Positions 13,818-27,000 of a DNA stretch of 64,000 bases are shown here, one piece after another; the stretch's first letter is position 1; each line of letters starts with the position of its first letter. The stretch spans positions 1 through 64,000 of the forward strand of contig NW_014040205.1 in the NCBI RefSeq assembly GCF_001186125.1, given 5' to 3'. The position numbers and the translations under genes were made by a program. This DNA is from Sphaeroforma arctica JP610 (Eukaryota). Under the pieces are notes generated by a model. That model did no database searches and had not been told where the DNA came from. It was given only the letters and a program-made list of their open reading frames with translations.

Positions 13818-16800
13818 TATGTGTGTGTGTGTGTATGTGTGTGTGTGTATATATATAATGCATGCACGTATGTATATATGTACGTATGTATGTATGTATG
13901 TATATGTGTATATATACGTGAACTGGTGCGTGTCAGTTAGCATGCATGTGTGAGTGCTTTTAAACCGCGCTTTTTTCAAACGATAGCATGTTTATGACTG
14001 CGCGTATGCATGCATACATCTGTAAACACTGAGTATAACATACCGAAGAATCCCGGCGAATCAAGTAGACAAACAAGTAGGCGAATCACGTGGCTAATAG
14101 TGATCCCATTTCTTCGACCTTTCCTGACAACGGTGGAGGTACTGCAGTCGTAACCATTGATTCTGCGTAAACACATTCATCAAACAAAAGCATCTCGCTC
14201 TCGCCTTTCATCTTGACACTGATGAATGTTCCCTCCGGCCCATGGCACTCGTTATATTCCAGATATGGCCTCTGTGAGGTTCAACTCAATGGTTTCCAGC
14301 TCTCTGGATATACCTACCACAACTGAGGACGAGGTTGTGTTTTCTCCGAAAGAAATGAATGTCCTAGATACCCATATGCGAGGAACCGCTAGTTACGAAA
14401 TCCCATTGCAAGCTTACAAGTCAGATGACAAAATGCCTGATGCTGCCGAAGCAGCGCATGCAACAGGTTCTGAGCTGCATGGCAGCGGACAGGGACCTCA
14501 GCCAGCCAACCCGGCTCATGGTATTGAAGTTCAAGGTTAGTTGGTATGGTGCATTTTGTTGCTACATTTGTTGAGTGTAGCAAACCTTCTGTTACTATGT
14601 TTTCGTCCGGGGAGATGAGAAGCACCCAAGCAAGCGCTTACTTAGTTTAACTGGCATTTGTTTGCGACTTTTTTGCTATGCTCAGCATAACAATAGACAG
14701 TAACATTAAAATCCAAACATCTACACACACAGGAAGACTGTATTTGTTGATCGATTGCCTGCTATGGGATGCCAGCTTCTACGCTTTGATGGATTTTGTG
14801 CAAGTTGATGAGAGGTGAGTTCGTAGACGTAATTATTCATATGTATTTGTCCGCTGCACCCTATTTCGAGTCGAGAGATGCACGGAATCTTGGCTTGCAA
14901 TTTTTTTGATGTGGAGCTATGATATAAAGGTCGCATTCAGGTATTTCGCCGCGTATTACTCTGTTGACCCGACGTATTTGGTTCTCAAACGGTTGTGAGA
15001 CTGTACGCGTGACAATGGCAGCTATATGGCGCCTGGTGTACGTTGCTTTGCCATCCTTTGCAGAAACGGCTTTGTGAGACGAAAAATGACTTTCGCGCCC
15101 ATGCGATTCTAATTATTCCGTGTCACTTCCGACTAAGTTGTCAGGGCTTCGATGTTTTGCCCACCATTTGCCTGGAAAGCGCAATTCATTCCTATCTTTG
15201 AACCACATCCAGAGCTTTGGCGGGACTTTCTTTCTGGCAAGTGACCGAGACGTATCGACGCTTATTCGCCGACAGTTCAGTAAGTGAATGTGTGTTTTCG
15301 ATTAAACTACACTACTTTCACTACTGTGCAAAGTATTCTCTGTGATACGAGATACACTTATGTGTTGGGAGTGTTTTTCTGCATCGATGATGACACGTTC
15401 TGAATAGCTTTTGGCAGCCGAGGTCTCGATTCTGCCTGCACGTGTGAGAGCTTCAGTAAAATATTTCTTATGTTGTAAGATTTAATGATAGGGGCAAGTG
15501 CTGTACTCTCAGAAACTGCAGAGTACTTGATTGATAAACCCAATACCCAACATGTGCAAATGGGTACATGCTGCACCTGGGACTTCCCTGAGGTTGATCA
15601 ACATACTTAATTTGGCTAGAATGTTATTTCCTGTTGTATTTTGATTAGGTATCGCACGAGGAAAAGAAATTGGAAGCTGCTGAGATCGCCATTTATCTGG
15701 AAAATCCTCTGATGCCCTGTGACTCTAAGAGCGTCAATGCAATTCAGCGAATCCTGTCCTCCAATTCCCGGTATGTATAGTCGGACACCCATGTATGTGT
15801 GATTTCGCCCGCACAGGTAAATTGACCCGATGGATATAAGTATAACGGACGAACACCAGTTTCACACGGCGCTTTTTCCCTGTATTTGAACTACAGCTTG
15901 GAGATGTTCTCTCACAGTCGCCAACGACTCGATTGAGTTTATCGCCATACTATCCAACCTACAACTATGCACATTAATCATCCGGTGCATACATGTCCAC
16001 GCAACTGCATACTAGACCTTCGAGAAGTGTCTGTCTGTGTGATTGGTCACGCTTACAATGGCACAACTTATATAGCTCTCCGTATGAATTAAAGCGTATA
16101 ACTGAACTCCTACAGGGTTGACGAGGATTTGTTCACGAAAGTTCAGCAGCAAGTGTACGACTACCTCAACAAACGTTGGTTTGCCGAATTTTGTCGAAGC
16201 GAGGCCTTCAGGGAAGACATGCCTGTTCGAACTACTCTTGATATGCCGACCTCGGAAGTATGTGAAAGCCTAGACAGGATCGTATTGACCAAGTTATTAA
16301 GTTCTAGATCATATGCAGTCTTCCTATGTATAATTTCATGTAGAACGATTAATATTGGTTTGTGATTTCTATAAGCTGTAGCGGAGTATGGAGAAGATAG
16401 TCACCTGTTGCATAGTACGCCAGTACGCTCGCATTCTAATTCGTGAGACCATTTCCAGGATTGATGCGTCCTGTGCACTAATCATTTCTTTTGTATGTAT
16501 ATATTATCTATATGCACTAATCATTTCTTTTGTATGTATATGTTATCTATATGCATTAATCATTTCTTTTGTATGTATGTATTATCTATATGAACTAATG
16601 ATTTCTTTTGTATGTATGTATTATCTATATGCACTTCCGTATCATCCCTGTTTGCGCAGGTGACGCATCCACAGCAGGCCCATGAAATCGGTAAACGCGC
16701 CAATGCCGAGCCAGTGAACTCGGACCTCTGCCTACCAACATATTCAGCCGATGAGTCATCTGCCAATTGCCCGGGGAAGCCTGTGGATGAGGTGCGTTTA

Positions 16801-19800
16801 GTTTGTATATATATCGCATGCCTGGATTGGTCCGTCTCTCTATGTACGTCATGGTATTACATGCTTGTAGTGCTAGTTTGCTAGCGGATGAATACGAGTA
16901 CGTTACCAATTTAACCATGCGGGTAATATATGTGTGGATATGTGGGTAAATTGGCGAGACGAATACCCCTGTCAATGCACATTGAAAGTTTTTTTTATCG
17001 CCCCCGAACTTACTTGTAGATCACAATTCACGCAAGTTCCCATGCATATTTGCATGTTATTCTATCACACACGTTCAGTTCATCTAATATAGCCGTCTGT
17101 TTGAATCTGTTGTATTTCAAGCCCCTTTCCAGGGTATTACAATTGGGTAATTTAATTTATTTCCTATATGCTTTTAGGTACCGACTTCTTCGAGTGATGT
17201 GAACAAGTCCGATTTGCCCATTTCCGCCGAGTTTCGTGCGAGTGTTAAGGTATGTAAAGCCAGTCATCGATGTGTCGCATGACTCAAGTTTCGATTAGTT
17301 GGTATCTCACGATGTATGACTAGTGCTATACAAGGTATCGTTCTTGGTTGAAGACTCGTTGAGTATCGGATGCACACGCCTTACTTTGGGCGTACACGCG
17401 ACCGATCGCTGGGTACAGAAATACATACTCTGCTCAAAAAACTAAATACTTCTGTGTAGAAAGTGCTAAATGAGATATACTTAAGAACCCGTGTCAAAGC
17501 CAAAAGCTAAGCATTTTCGTATCGGGTATAATTGTAAATTGGGCACATTCGCATCGCACACAACCCACAGGAGCGCATGGAGCGTGAAACAGCACTGCAA
17601 CAGCCAGGCCGCGTCATCTGGAATGCGCAGATCAAGGAGATCAACGTCAGGAGTAATAAAACGCAGCGGAGTGGAGAAGTGGTGGCCTACTATGTCGTAG
17701 TGGTAACTCGCACCGGTGTGTATTCTAGTTTCGTATCATTGTGGAACAGCTGTGTATATCTGCATCGTAGCATAGTGGTTTACAAGTGTAATGTAGCTGG
17801 GTAACATTTTTGTAGTATAGCTGTGTGCTTCTAGTTGGCATATTTATGATGGTATCACATTGCTTTGATATATCTTCTGTACGTCTCCGAGTATTCTCTT
17901 TTGCGCGCAACTTGCTGAGCTATCACTATTCTCTTGTGTGAAGGAACGTCTATTGTTAATTCGTGCCAAATTGTTCGAGCGGGATATATCATGCCAGAAC
18001 TTATACGTGCGTTTTCGAATTGCGTTTGGGTGGTATATTTCGAATCAAAGCTCAAATCGAATTACAATGTCTAATGTCATGTAGGTGAATGCACTCATGA
18101 TTGATTATGCCTTTGTCAGATACATTCGGAGATATCTCTTGGCTGATTGATAGACGATACAGCGACTTCCACGACATTGATATGCTGGTATGTGCTCGTG
18201 GTTGGCACGGGTGGTGCCTAGTTGCAATTGCCTTCCGTGTGTACGGTTTTGCATGGAAGTCTGACTTGTTATACACAGGGACATGCGTGTTTTGTGTGTG
18301 TGTGTGTGTGTGTATTCGCTTTTCTGCATTCACAATGCCTTCTTAGTTAATTGTTCCTTAGCAATCTTTACTCCGTGCACCTGTTCGGATGTATTTGTCC
18401 GTGAATGTGGAATCTTCCAACACTCTCTCAGATGTCAGCCCCAAAAAAATGGTACACAGCAGTTTGCCATAGCGCCCTTGTATGTGACTACTCTCAGCTG
18501 GTTCGTAAATTTTTTAGTTTTGATGTACCCTCCTATATCACAGTTGCACAAAACCGAGTCGAATCTGCCTACATTCCCACCGAAGAAAACGCTGGGAAAC
18601 CTCAGGCCCAAGTTCTTACAACAACGCAAGAGGTTAGTCACCTTGAATTTACACAAGTCACTTACTTCTGGGCGCTATTTGGATACCCTTTAATGGAGGA
18701 TTCCAGATTTTTTGCAAGTTATCGAGTGTTTCTGTCACTCTCGAGGTATTAGAGTCCAATAAAACATACTTGTGGTGCTACTAGTTGTGAGCACATGCTT
18801 GTTCACCGATCATTCTTGTGGTATTACAAGAAACCCAGTTTTATGTCATACACCCACTTCTGTCTGCCTACAATGAAATACGAACATATATATGGACACC
18901 CAAGTTTTGCGCTATGAGTTGTTGAGACTGTGTATTTTTGTCTTAAAGTTTGTACATCTGTACATATCTATTTGAATTTCTGTCTACGTGGGTGTACGCG
19001 TGTGTATGGATAACTCTGTATCAATTACACCTCCTCACACGATTGATATCGCATGCATGCGTCGGTGTACTAATCCGAAAGATTTCACCGCACAGGGCTC
19101 TGAACAGCTACATGCAAGAACTACTTGCCAAGCACTACATCACGCAGAACGAAAAAACTGAACGGATTCTCTCGGTGTTTCTGAGCGAAGGCTTGTACAC
19201 GCACGAGTACAGCAATGTGGCAAAGAAGCTTGATACGGTGCGGGATTTTTTTAGCTTGGGCCATTCGAGTGGTATGCGAATGCATGCATGCGTTGGTCTA
19301 CTCATATACAGATATTTACCTAGCTCCTAGTGTTTGTCTGTGTGATCTTGTGAATTGTGAATTGTTTTCAGGTGTATGCGGACATCATGTGCAGCTCTGT
19401 TTCCGGCTCATGCAATCGAGATTCAGTGGACTGATTGGGTCTGTGTATCTGCGTACAATAGACGTGTATCCGCTTGTCGATCGTTATCAGTACTATTGAT
19501 GCAGCAGGGCTTAATACCTATAAGTTGCAATTAGTCATCGAGTACCGTCATGCACTTAAGTTACAAGCCTCCCACTTGCTCCCTACTAAATTGCTGGATG
19601 GCTACCTGCTATTTTTACACTAAGAAGCGTTTTATCATCCATTTCTGTGCTTCAAATTAATACATTAAGCACTTGAACGGCCATTGCTATCTGACCACAT
19701 ACCGCACACTTGGTATATAGCATGGCGATATAGTTCCATCTAGCGAGTCCTACGGGATGTAAAAAGTTTACCGGCGTGTTTTTTAGATGTGAGGAACTTC

Positions 19801-22800
19801 TGTTGGTTTGTATACTTGCCCACAGGCATGCTCTCCAAAGATTAAATTACAGTTATTGTCAGTCCTTTGTCTGTAAATATTCTAGCGATTGCCGCTGTGT
19901 ATAACAGATGACAGGGGTCTCACACCGCGCCAGATAACTCAATGAACCAACCGTGAGACGGTGAAAGCATCGCCAGTATACAAGGTTACAGTAAAACACA
20001 CTCATATACGCGATACCCGTGACAGTATTTCACATTGTACTAATACTACCATACACACAACTACATTCGAATGGTGCAGTCAAATGTAATTAATTCTAAA
20101 AACAAGGAGCATTTGCCAGATATCTGTCATGCAGTTTGCCACTTATTTTTTATCCAGTCACTTCTCACACTAAGCTCACTCCTCGTCCCAAATTTATCAC
20201 CAGCCAATATAAATGAGGACACGTTCATCCCTAACCCTTCTCGGGGCACGCGGAATTCCTATCTGGAATCGGAATCGTACGAAGACGATCAAGTGCGGGA
20301 TGAAGTGTTTACCATTCTGCTGGCCTGTGTGGAAGAGATATTCGATTTCAAGGCTACGAGTCACGGATTGTAAGTTGAGTGTAGGCTACGGGTTTAGGCT
20401 GTTTTGTGTATTTAATTTATCCGTTTCTGAGATTCAGTTGACATTGAGACCCAGTCGATTGGCAACCGAGTCTCTCGATCACATTCAATGCACTGCGTTG
20501 CGCAATAGTCATACTAAATGTATGTATGCTCTAATTACTGTACCAACAGATGCCTCTACGATGCATGTCGCGCACATCCGTGAACAGCCAATATCGCACT
20601 ATTTCCACATATTTAGGCTAGGCTTACTCAAGAGCACGACACATTTATATCCAACTGACTTCCAGGGTACGCAAAAGGTTCCACCTTGTAGTTCGATTCA
20701 TGGTGGAGAGCTACTTTTCGACACTGATTAATACGCAGATGTCTGAAACCGTCAATTGGATCTTCGGTGAGAGCCAGATCACCACATATCTTCGGTATGT
20801 GTGTACAGATTGGAACACGCCCGCTTGAATCCTGCGAAGTATGCCCAATATGGGTATGTAAGTGTAAGTTAAGATGCCAAAATTTAATACAGAAAGTCTT
20901 ACAAAGGAAACGAAGAAGCAGATATGAATTTCTGTACCGCGTATGCAGTCCCTGAGGTGGAGGTGTGATTGTGAGCGAATCATTCCGAGGCTGAATGCTC
21001 ATGTGGCTACTTGTTGCGGGGCTTTGGGGAGGCCAATACGATCGCATTGTAAAAATATTGACTACATGCTCATATTAATTTCATATCGGAATACTAGTAA
21101 ATGAACTAATTTGCTGTGTACAGTATAGATGTCCAAACTATCCGCAGGTCTTTACCTATAGCCCATGTGCTACAGCTGCTCTGTGTGCACACGAATTTAT
21201 ACACCAATTGACATTCTCCTTCACTAATTATTGCTATAGTTCTTTCCGCGAGTCGTTTTGGCCTAGTAACAAATTAGCGCCGCCTGGACCTACGAGGGAT
21301 GCCGAGCAGAGGGTCAACTCTAAGTATGATGCACGGGCAAGGATCATGATGAAGTAAGTTCTTATATTATCAAGGTGTACCCTTATCATGTGTCGGATTG
21401 CGTGAGTTTGTACGATGACATGAGAGTGCACATCTAGGACATATGTATCTGTCCTGGTGAACGTTGGATGCTGATTTGTTGGGATCAGTGAGCGAGTGTC
21501 GATCTGGCAATACCTGCACGTGTAAACCTGGGAAGTGATCTGATATTTATCATATTCTTAAAAACACAGCAAGTTCTCTCCGCAGATCGACTTGTTGTAT
21601 TACATCAACTACCAAGTATTCTACATAGTATGTCATCAATTGCTAAAACATTGGGCAGCAAGATTCGTTTCTGTGAGATGTGAGCGACATTTCTATACAT
21701 CTTTAAGAGAAAATCGTACTTGTACTTTCATAGTTTTCGTGCCGGATTCTTCCGTCAGTGTTGTTAGTTGCCTATACACTATGCACATCGTACTGAGAAT
21801 TTCGGACGGTGTGACCAATTGACTGCAGTTTCGATATATCCATGTGTATCTCTTTTTGTTCAAGAACAAAAAAAATTACTTTGGCTCTGTGAATGGAACT
21901 AAGTAAGTCCCTGCATCATGTCAACCCACCATGGCAACTTGATTGCGAACAGATTTGTGTCGACCTCCAGGAATTCACTCTGTTGTGATTCCAAGTTGGA
22001 ATTGGAATACATGGTTTCAAGAGTGCCTGTTTATTCGGGACACTGACTTTCAATCATATTCAATGGTCATAGCATTCCAGCGGACATGAAACGCATAGTT
22101 GGTGGTCACAACTGTCGCGCTGGTGCCCTACGACTGTTTGATATGATGCAGCACGAAGTGATGAATAAGCGCTTATTCTACGCTATGTTAGAGGTATGTC
22201 GATCAAATATCTAGGTTCGGGTGTATCGGTCTAACTGGACTTTGTGTGCGTGTGTGTTTCAGTTTACAGATAGTATGATACGTTGACGGATTTTCCCATT
22301 CCCGTGTTGTAAGGTTGGTGCGAATTTCCCATTTCCGCGTTGTAAGGTCTGTGCGAATACTTTTTTTGTGACGAGCACGAATATTGCGAGGTAAAGCAAA
22401 ATTGAAATGCAGTGTTTCTTCGAACACGTGTTAAGGGAGGTCTAAGTAAGTGTATTTATATGTGCGCGTTGCTCTCGAGACGCCATAGTTTCTATGGTTT
22501 CTCGTGAAATCACTTCCGGTGGTAGCAACACAAATTCCGAATACTTGGCCGACCTACTAGTCGGGATTCACACGCGGTATTGGACTGATTAAGAAGGGCT
22601 CTGTCAGCTGCTATTGTACGAAGTAATTTTGTAGCTATTACTATTGCGATTCTCCCCTGTTACGTCTTGAGTCTGGATGCTACCAGCTGCGAATCAAGTT
22701 CCGGCGTATTTCACCTCTCTCAACACTGTCGTGTGTGCTGACTGTTCTTTTTCATTTGGTGCCATGTATATTGTCGTCATTCGGCACTAATGAACCTTAC

Positions 22801-22901
22801 TCGGCTATATCCAACAGGCTTTACTAGACCACCTCTTCCCGGACATGAACGTCCGCGACCTGTTGAAGGGTATTCTGATGCGGTGTAACGAAGAGAAATA
22901 A
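8060..22901 (+). CDS. PXA-RGS-PX-PXC sorting nexin (SNX13/14/25-Mdm1 family), multi-exon, 5' end not located
   Basis: PXA exons ([25 protein letters not shown] 8060-8194; [23 protein letters not shown] ~10270-10356). RGS exons ([11 protein letters not shown] ~14733-14814; [11 protein letters not shown] ~15213-15279; [24 protein letters not shown] ~16116-16257). PX exons (YYVVVV ~17690; [13 protein letters not shown] ~18120-18187; LPTFPPKK ~18544-18631; LNSYMQELL ~19096-19271). PXC exons (FRESFWP ~21240; [20 protein letters not shown] ~22073-22192; [11 protein letters not shown] 22819-22901). The exons are flanked by AG/GT. Confidence 0.88.
9785..9968. repeat. Intronic (TA)n/(TG)n microsatellite
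   Basis: Directly visible. Confidence 0.95.
10793..10899. repeat. Intronic minisatellite, 36-bp unit x3
   Basis: Unit CTTTAGCACGTAGTATGAGCCCACCTTAACATTGCA with single substitutions. Confidence 0.9.
13663..13917. repeat. Intronic (TA)/(TG)/(TATG) microsatellite
   Basis: Directly visible. Confidence 0.95.
16474..16636. repeat. Intronic minisatellite, 39-bp unit x4
   Basis: Unit TGCACTAATCATTTCTTTTGTATGTATATATTATCTATA; gives the [13 protein letters not shown] repeats in the ORF track. Confidence 0.9.
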
Positions 22902-23988
22902 AGTTATGAATTACCTTAAAACCATTCTAGGCTCTTTCAATATAAATTATCACATGTCTATTGAGAAGTCGAGGTTAAAAAATCGAAGTTGTTGGGAACT
23001 GCAACTATGCCGAACCAAAAAGTCGCAAATATAATCCAATCTTGGCCCCCAAATTGCCTTTTGAGTCCATATACATGCATGCGCTTGTAGGTCTCTTGCA
23101 TGACAGGTTTTAGAATACTATGCTTGCATATCAAGTTCAAAGCATGCAGTTTTATCGTCCCCGGGTCGACCTCTCTTGCATCCCATTCCATATCACCTGG
23201 TATATTCACACAGCTGATAGAACTTCAGACCCGACATAAACTTGGCGAGGACCAAAAACATCAGCCCTAAACAAAATCCTGATACCACACTATGAAGGGT
23301 TGGTTTTATTTTATTGTTACGAAATGGTGAACGCTTAGCGCGAGCGGGGAAGGCTGGATTGAGATATACACCACTTCGGTGAATTTCGATTGCGATTTGG
23401 GCACGAGTAAAGTCTTACTTAAAGTATACAACATAGCAGTAGCAGAAAATAATACGAAAGAGAAATTATAACTTTATAATATTTACACTCCAGACTCGGA
23501 TCATTCGGGTTCATCGTACACAAATTTACAAATGAACCATCGATGGTCACTATATCAAGCAAGAACTTAGCTGTAGTAACATATCAACGATTACCACCTT
23601 GGTACAATATCGACAGCTATGTGCCGAACAAAGAGAACTGCTACTAAAAAATTTAAATTTCAGATTCAGCATTTGCGTAGAAGGGCATATCATTTAAAAT
23701 GCTCGTAGATCTTGTTTGCTTCCCTGTGAGGGCGATCTCATACAAATTATCACCCTGGTGGGTTACATCATGCTTATGAGCTAATCACAGCTCCTCATGG
23801 TCATCTACAAATATCCTATTAAGTTTTAAGCGAATATCTACGGCAACGAGTTGGGGTGGGCGACAACTTGCCATATGCTCGAGTCTTAAACGGCCTTAAG
23901 GTTGATGGGCTTGGGAATCAAAAATTGTACATTCGTGTCTCTTGTGGTCGTAATACCCATATAGGAGTATAAACCCTAGTTAACTAGA

Positions 23989-24099
23989 TTTATCAGATCA
24001 TAGGATCTGATAAACTTAGTTTGTATTTATCATATCATAAGATCTGATAAACTTAGTTTGTGGTTATCAGATCATAGAATCTGATAAACCTAGTTTGTG
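23989..24099. repeat. Three 37-bp tandem units, each an internal palindrome (TTTATCAGATC-ATAG-GATCTGATAAA)
   Basis: Units start at 23989, 24026 and 24063. Unit 1 has perfect 11-bp arms and a 4-nt loop. Confidence 0.9.
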
Positions 24100-27000
24100 T
24101 TCGAGACTGAACACATGACTCATTAGAGTCCTAGATAGTTATATTCAACAATCTAATAAAGACGCAACGTCTCCCTGACTACTCCGGGAGAACGTTCAGA
24201 TATAGTTATTTGAGCGTAACTTACTGCACTCTCAGATGCGCTCTTAACTTCCTAAAGCGAATGTTGAATAGTATTGTTGTAAGATTGGGACGAATGTTTT
24301 TGAAGAGCTGAAACCCGAATATTTGAGCTAGATAAATCGCCGATGTTTAGTGGACATCGGTGGTAGTCTGTAACTGTTGCAGACACAACTTGAGTCCGTT
24401 GGTTATATCAGTTTGCCTGTTAAGAGCGTAGGCATATTGTGGCATACCTTATTCAATGTGGCACACCCTATCCAATAAGACCCCAGACAGAACTGTGTTG
24501 GTTGCAGATCACCAGGTCATATACACTCGGATGCGCAGTAAAAACTAACCTCTTGGCTGAGAATATTTTGAATTCCCGCCTCCAGAAATATTTATCAACA
24601 CGAGAATGTTTATCACCGTGAATTAACCAAGAGTGATAGGTATGCGATCAGTGCTCGCGAAATATATGAATACATAATTCAAGATATACCGTTTTTTTCT
24701 AAATACACGATGTGGTCGGAACACCCTAAACAGGGTTTATTTGATTAATATCGGTTTATTAGCTACTATATTTAGGATCTGTAAGATTGATTAATATATA
24801 CTAGACGAGATTTAGATGGTAAACATCAAGATGAATCGAGTGAATGGCGCTAATGGAGAGCGACAGGACCGAGCAAATAATTCCGATAGTGGATTCATTA
24901 GCAGCGACACTAGTGATTTAATGCCTGCGCTTCTAGAGGACAGCGGCGGCGATGCATACAGTAACGGAATGACTACTAATTCCAGAAGTCAACCCATTTA
25001 CATAGGACTTCATAACGTACGTGTTAGAACATGACGGTGAGCATGAACAGGATGCGACAAGCGAAAATGCTATTGTTTATGAAGGACGAAAAGGGGGAAC
25101 AGAATGGCTTGCACAGCAGCAACACTACGGCAACAACACGGGAAGAGGTTCAGCAACCAGTAACGACAACGGACAGGACCCAAAATGGAAGAGTCAGAAG
25201 TCAGAAGACAGATAAGTTTGATGTTTATTGTAGTAAGGTGTTGTGTACAAGTACTTTAGGGAGTGTAATATTGGGTATAACAAATCCGTCGGGTTAGTAA
25301 TAGTCATGAAATCGATAGGGGGTAAATATAGCCTTTGGTCATAGAATTGTAATAGAAGATCAGAGAGTATCTACGTACCTATTGCTCAACAATCAAAGGT
25401 TTTATTCCGTATAATAATTATAGTGGGGCAGGATAGAACAGAATTGTTCCATTACAACTCATTTCGGAATTTGGGGTTTAGCGACAATAGGCTTAGAATG
25501 GATTAGATGATTTGCACATGTACCTCAAGGGCAATCGCTGTCCTCAATCGATGGCACAATTAGGGAGAAACGAGTGAAGTAAGCAATAAGCAATTACATA
25601 AGCCATCACGCCGAGAAGCATACCAAGACAATACAATAGTGTTATAGTTCTGGGACAATAAGTCTAGGAGTGAAAATGGCACACATCACATGACATTCGC
25701 GAAATCGAAATAATAGTAAATATCCTAGACACGAGTCGGTTACGAGAATGAGAGGGGGTATCAACTTGGGTATCTCAGACATAATAGTAAGGCTTGTGTA
25801 TGACAACAAAAGGGTACTTAGTACTGACGACTTTACGTTAGAGCATACACATCGGTGTGAGAAATGAATGAGTGCACATACCATGTAAAACACAAAAGTG
25901 TGTGTGAGTGTTTGTACGAGTATCAGATACAAGATGAATGTGGATTTTTTCGGTGTTATACAAAAGTCGTCATACTGATTATAAGAGCATCAAATATTGA
26001 CATATCGAACGCGTGGTCGTCATATTCTGCAACTTTCCAACAAGAACTAATAACTATCCGAGAGCAAGGGAGCAAATGAGGGAAGCAACAGAGGCAGTAA
26101 GGTTGCGACCCGCGATAGCAACCCACGTCTCCCGCCGGCAAAGCGCCTGCACCACCGTCGGCGAAACAATAGACCAGGTGTTGAGCACGGACAAGGTTCT
26201 TCACAACAGTTGACAGAACTGTCGGCCAAGCAACAGTCGTTGCTTGAGCAATACGAACAACGCTTGCAGCGCACACACCCAGGACAACCACATCCTGTTC
26301 ACCAGAGCAGTCGCCAACCATCGGAAGCTGAGAACCAAGAGCCGAGCAGGAAATCCTAAGGATGATATCCCAGCATTTCGGATCAAGAGTCTCGGTCGTC
26401 AACGCCAGGGATTGGGATACCAGTCCCGGGAGTCAGACGATCAGTCTTCTGGCAGTGATACACCAGCTCTGAAGTAGTTCGTACACGAACAGCAACAGGC
26501 CCAACAGACCCTACGAAACCTATACGACCGCTTAGGCTCGACGATATGGACGAGACAGCGGAATGACGCGTTCGAACAAGGTGCCCTGCGGGATAACATC
26601 TCCCCCTCAGTAAGCAAAGAAAAGGGCCCTGTACCACCGACACCCACTCCAGAGAGTGTTTCAGCTAATCGTCAGGCCTTACATGAAGAATGTTGAAATT
26701 GTCGGAGGGGCTATGTCTCGAAGTGGAAGGAAACAACTTACCGAGAGCAGAAGCATTAAGTGGCGTGTTGGAAACACTACGGGCCACACACGAGTCTAGA
26801 CCGGTTGACAGGCGAGAACCTCGTGAGCCACGTAGTTGGCCCGAGTGGCCTTCGAAAGGGAGCGCTCCTTGAAGCACATAAGAATGCACAAATATCCGGC
26901 CTCGATGAGGCATGGAGCTTGCGGTGGTTCTATAAAGTGCTGAATCACTTTGAGGCGGAAAAGTCGACACTCGACGACATTAAGTCTAATCATCGGCAGT

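Noticed and set aside
14880..14940. Candidate RGS exon ending FR|GT
   Set aside because: The exon at ~15213-15279 supplies the canonical FW..E.YR motif in the correct phase, so this one is not needed.
24816..25297. Hydrophilic ORFs upstream of Gypsy A
   Set aside because: No recognisable motif. They may be a gag-like N-terminal fragment of another element but cannot be assigned.
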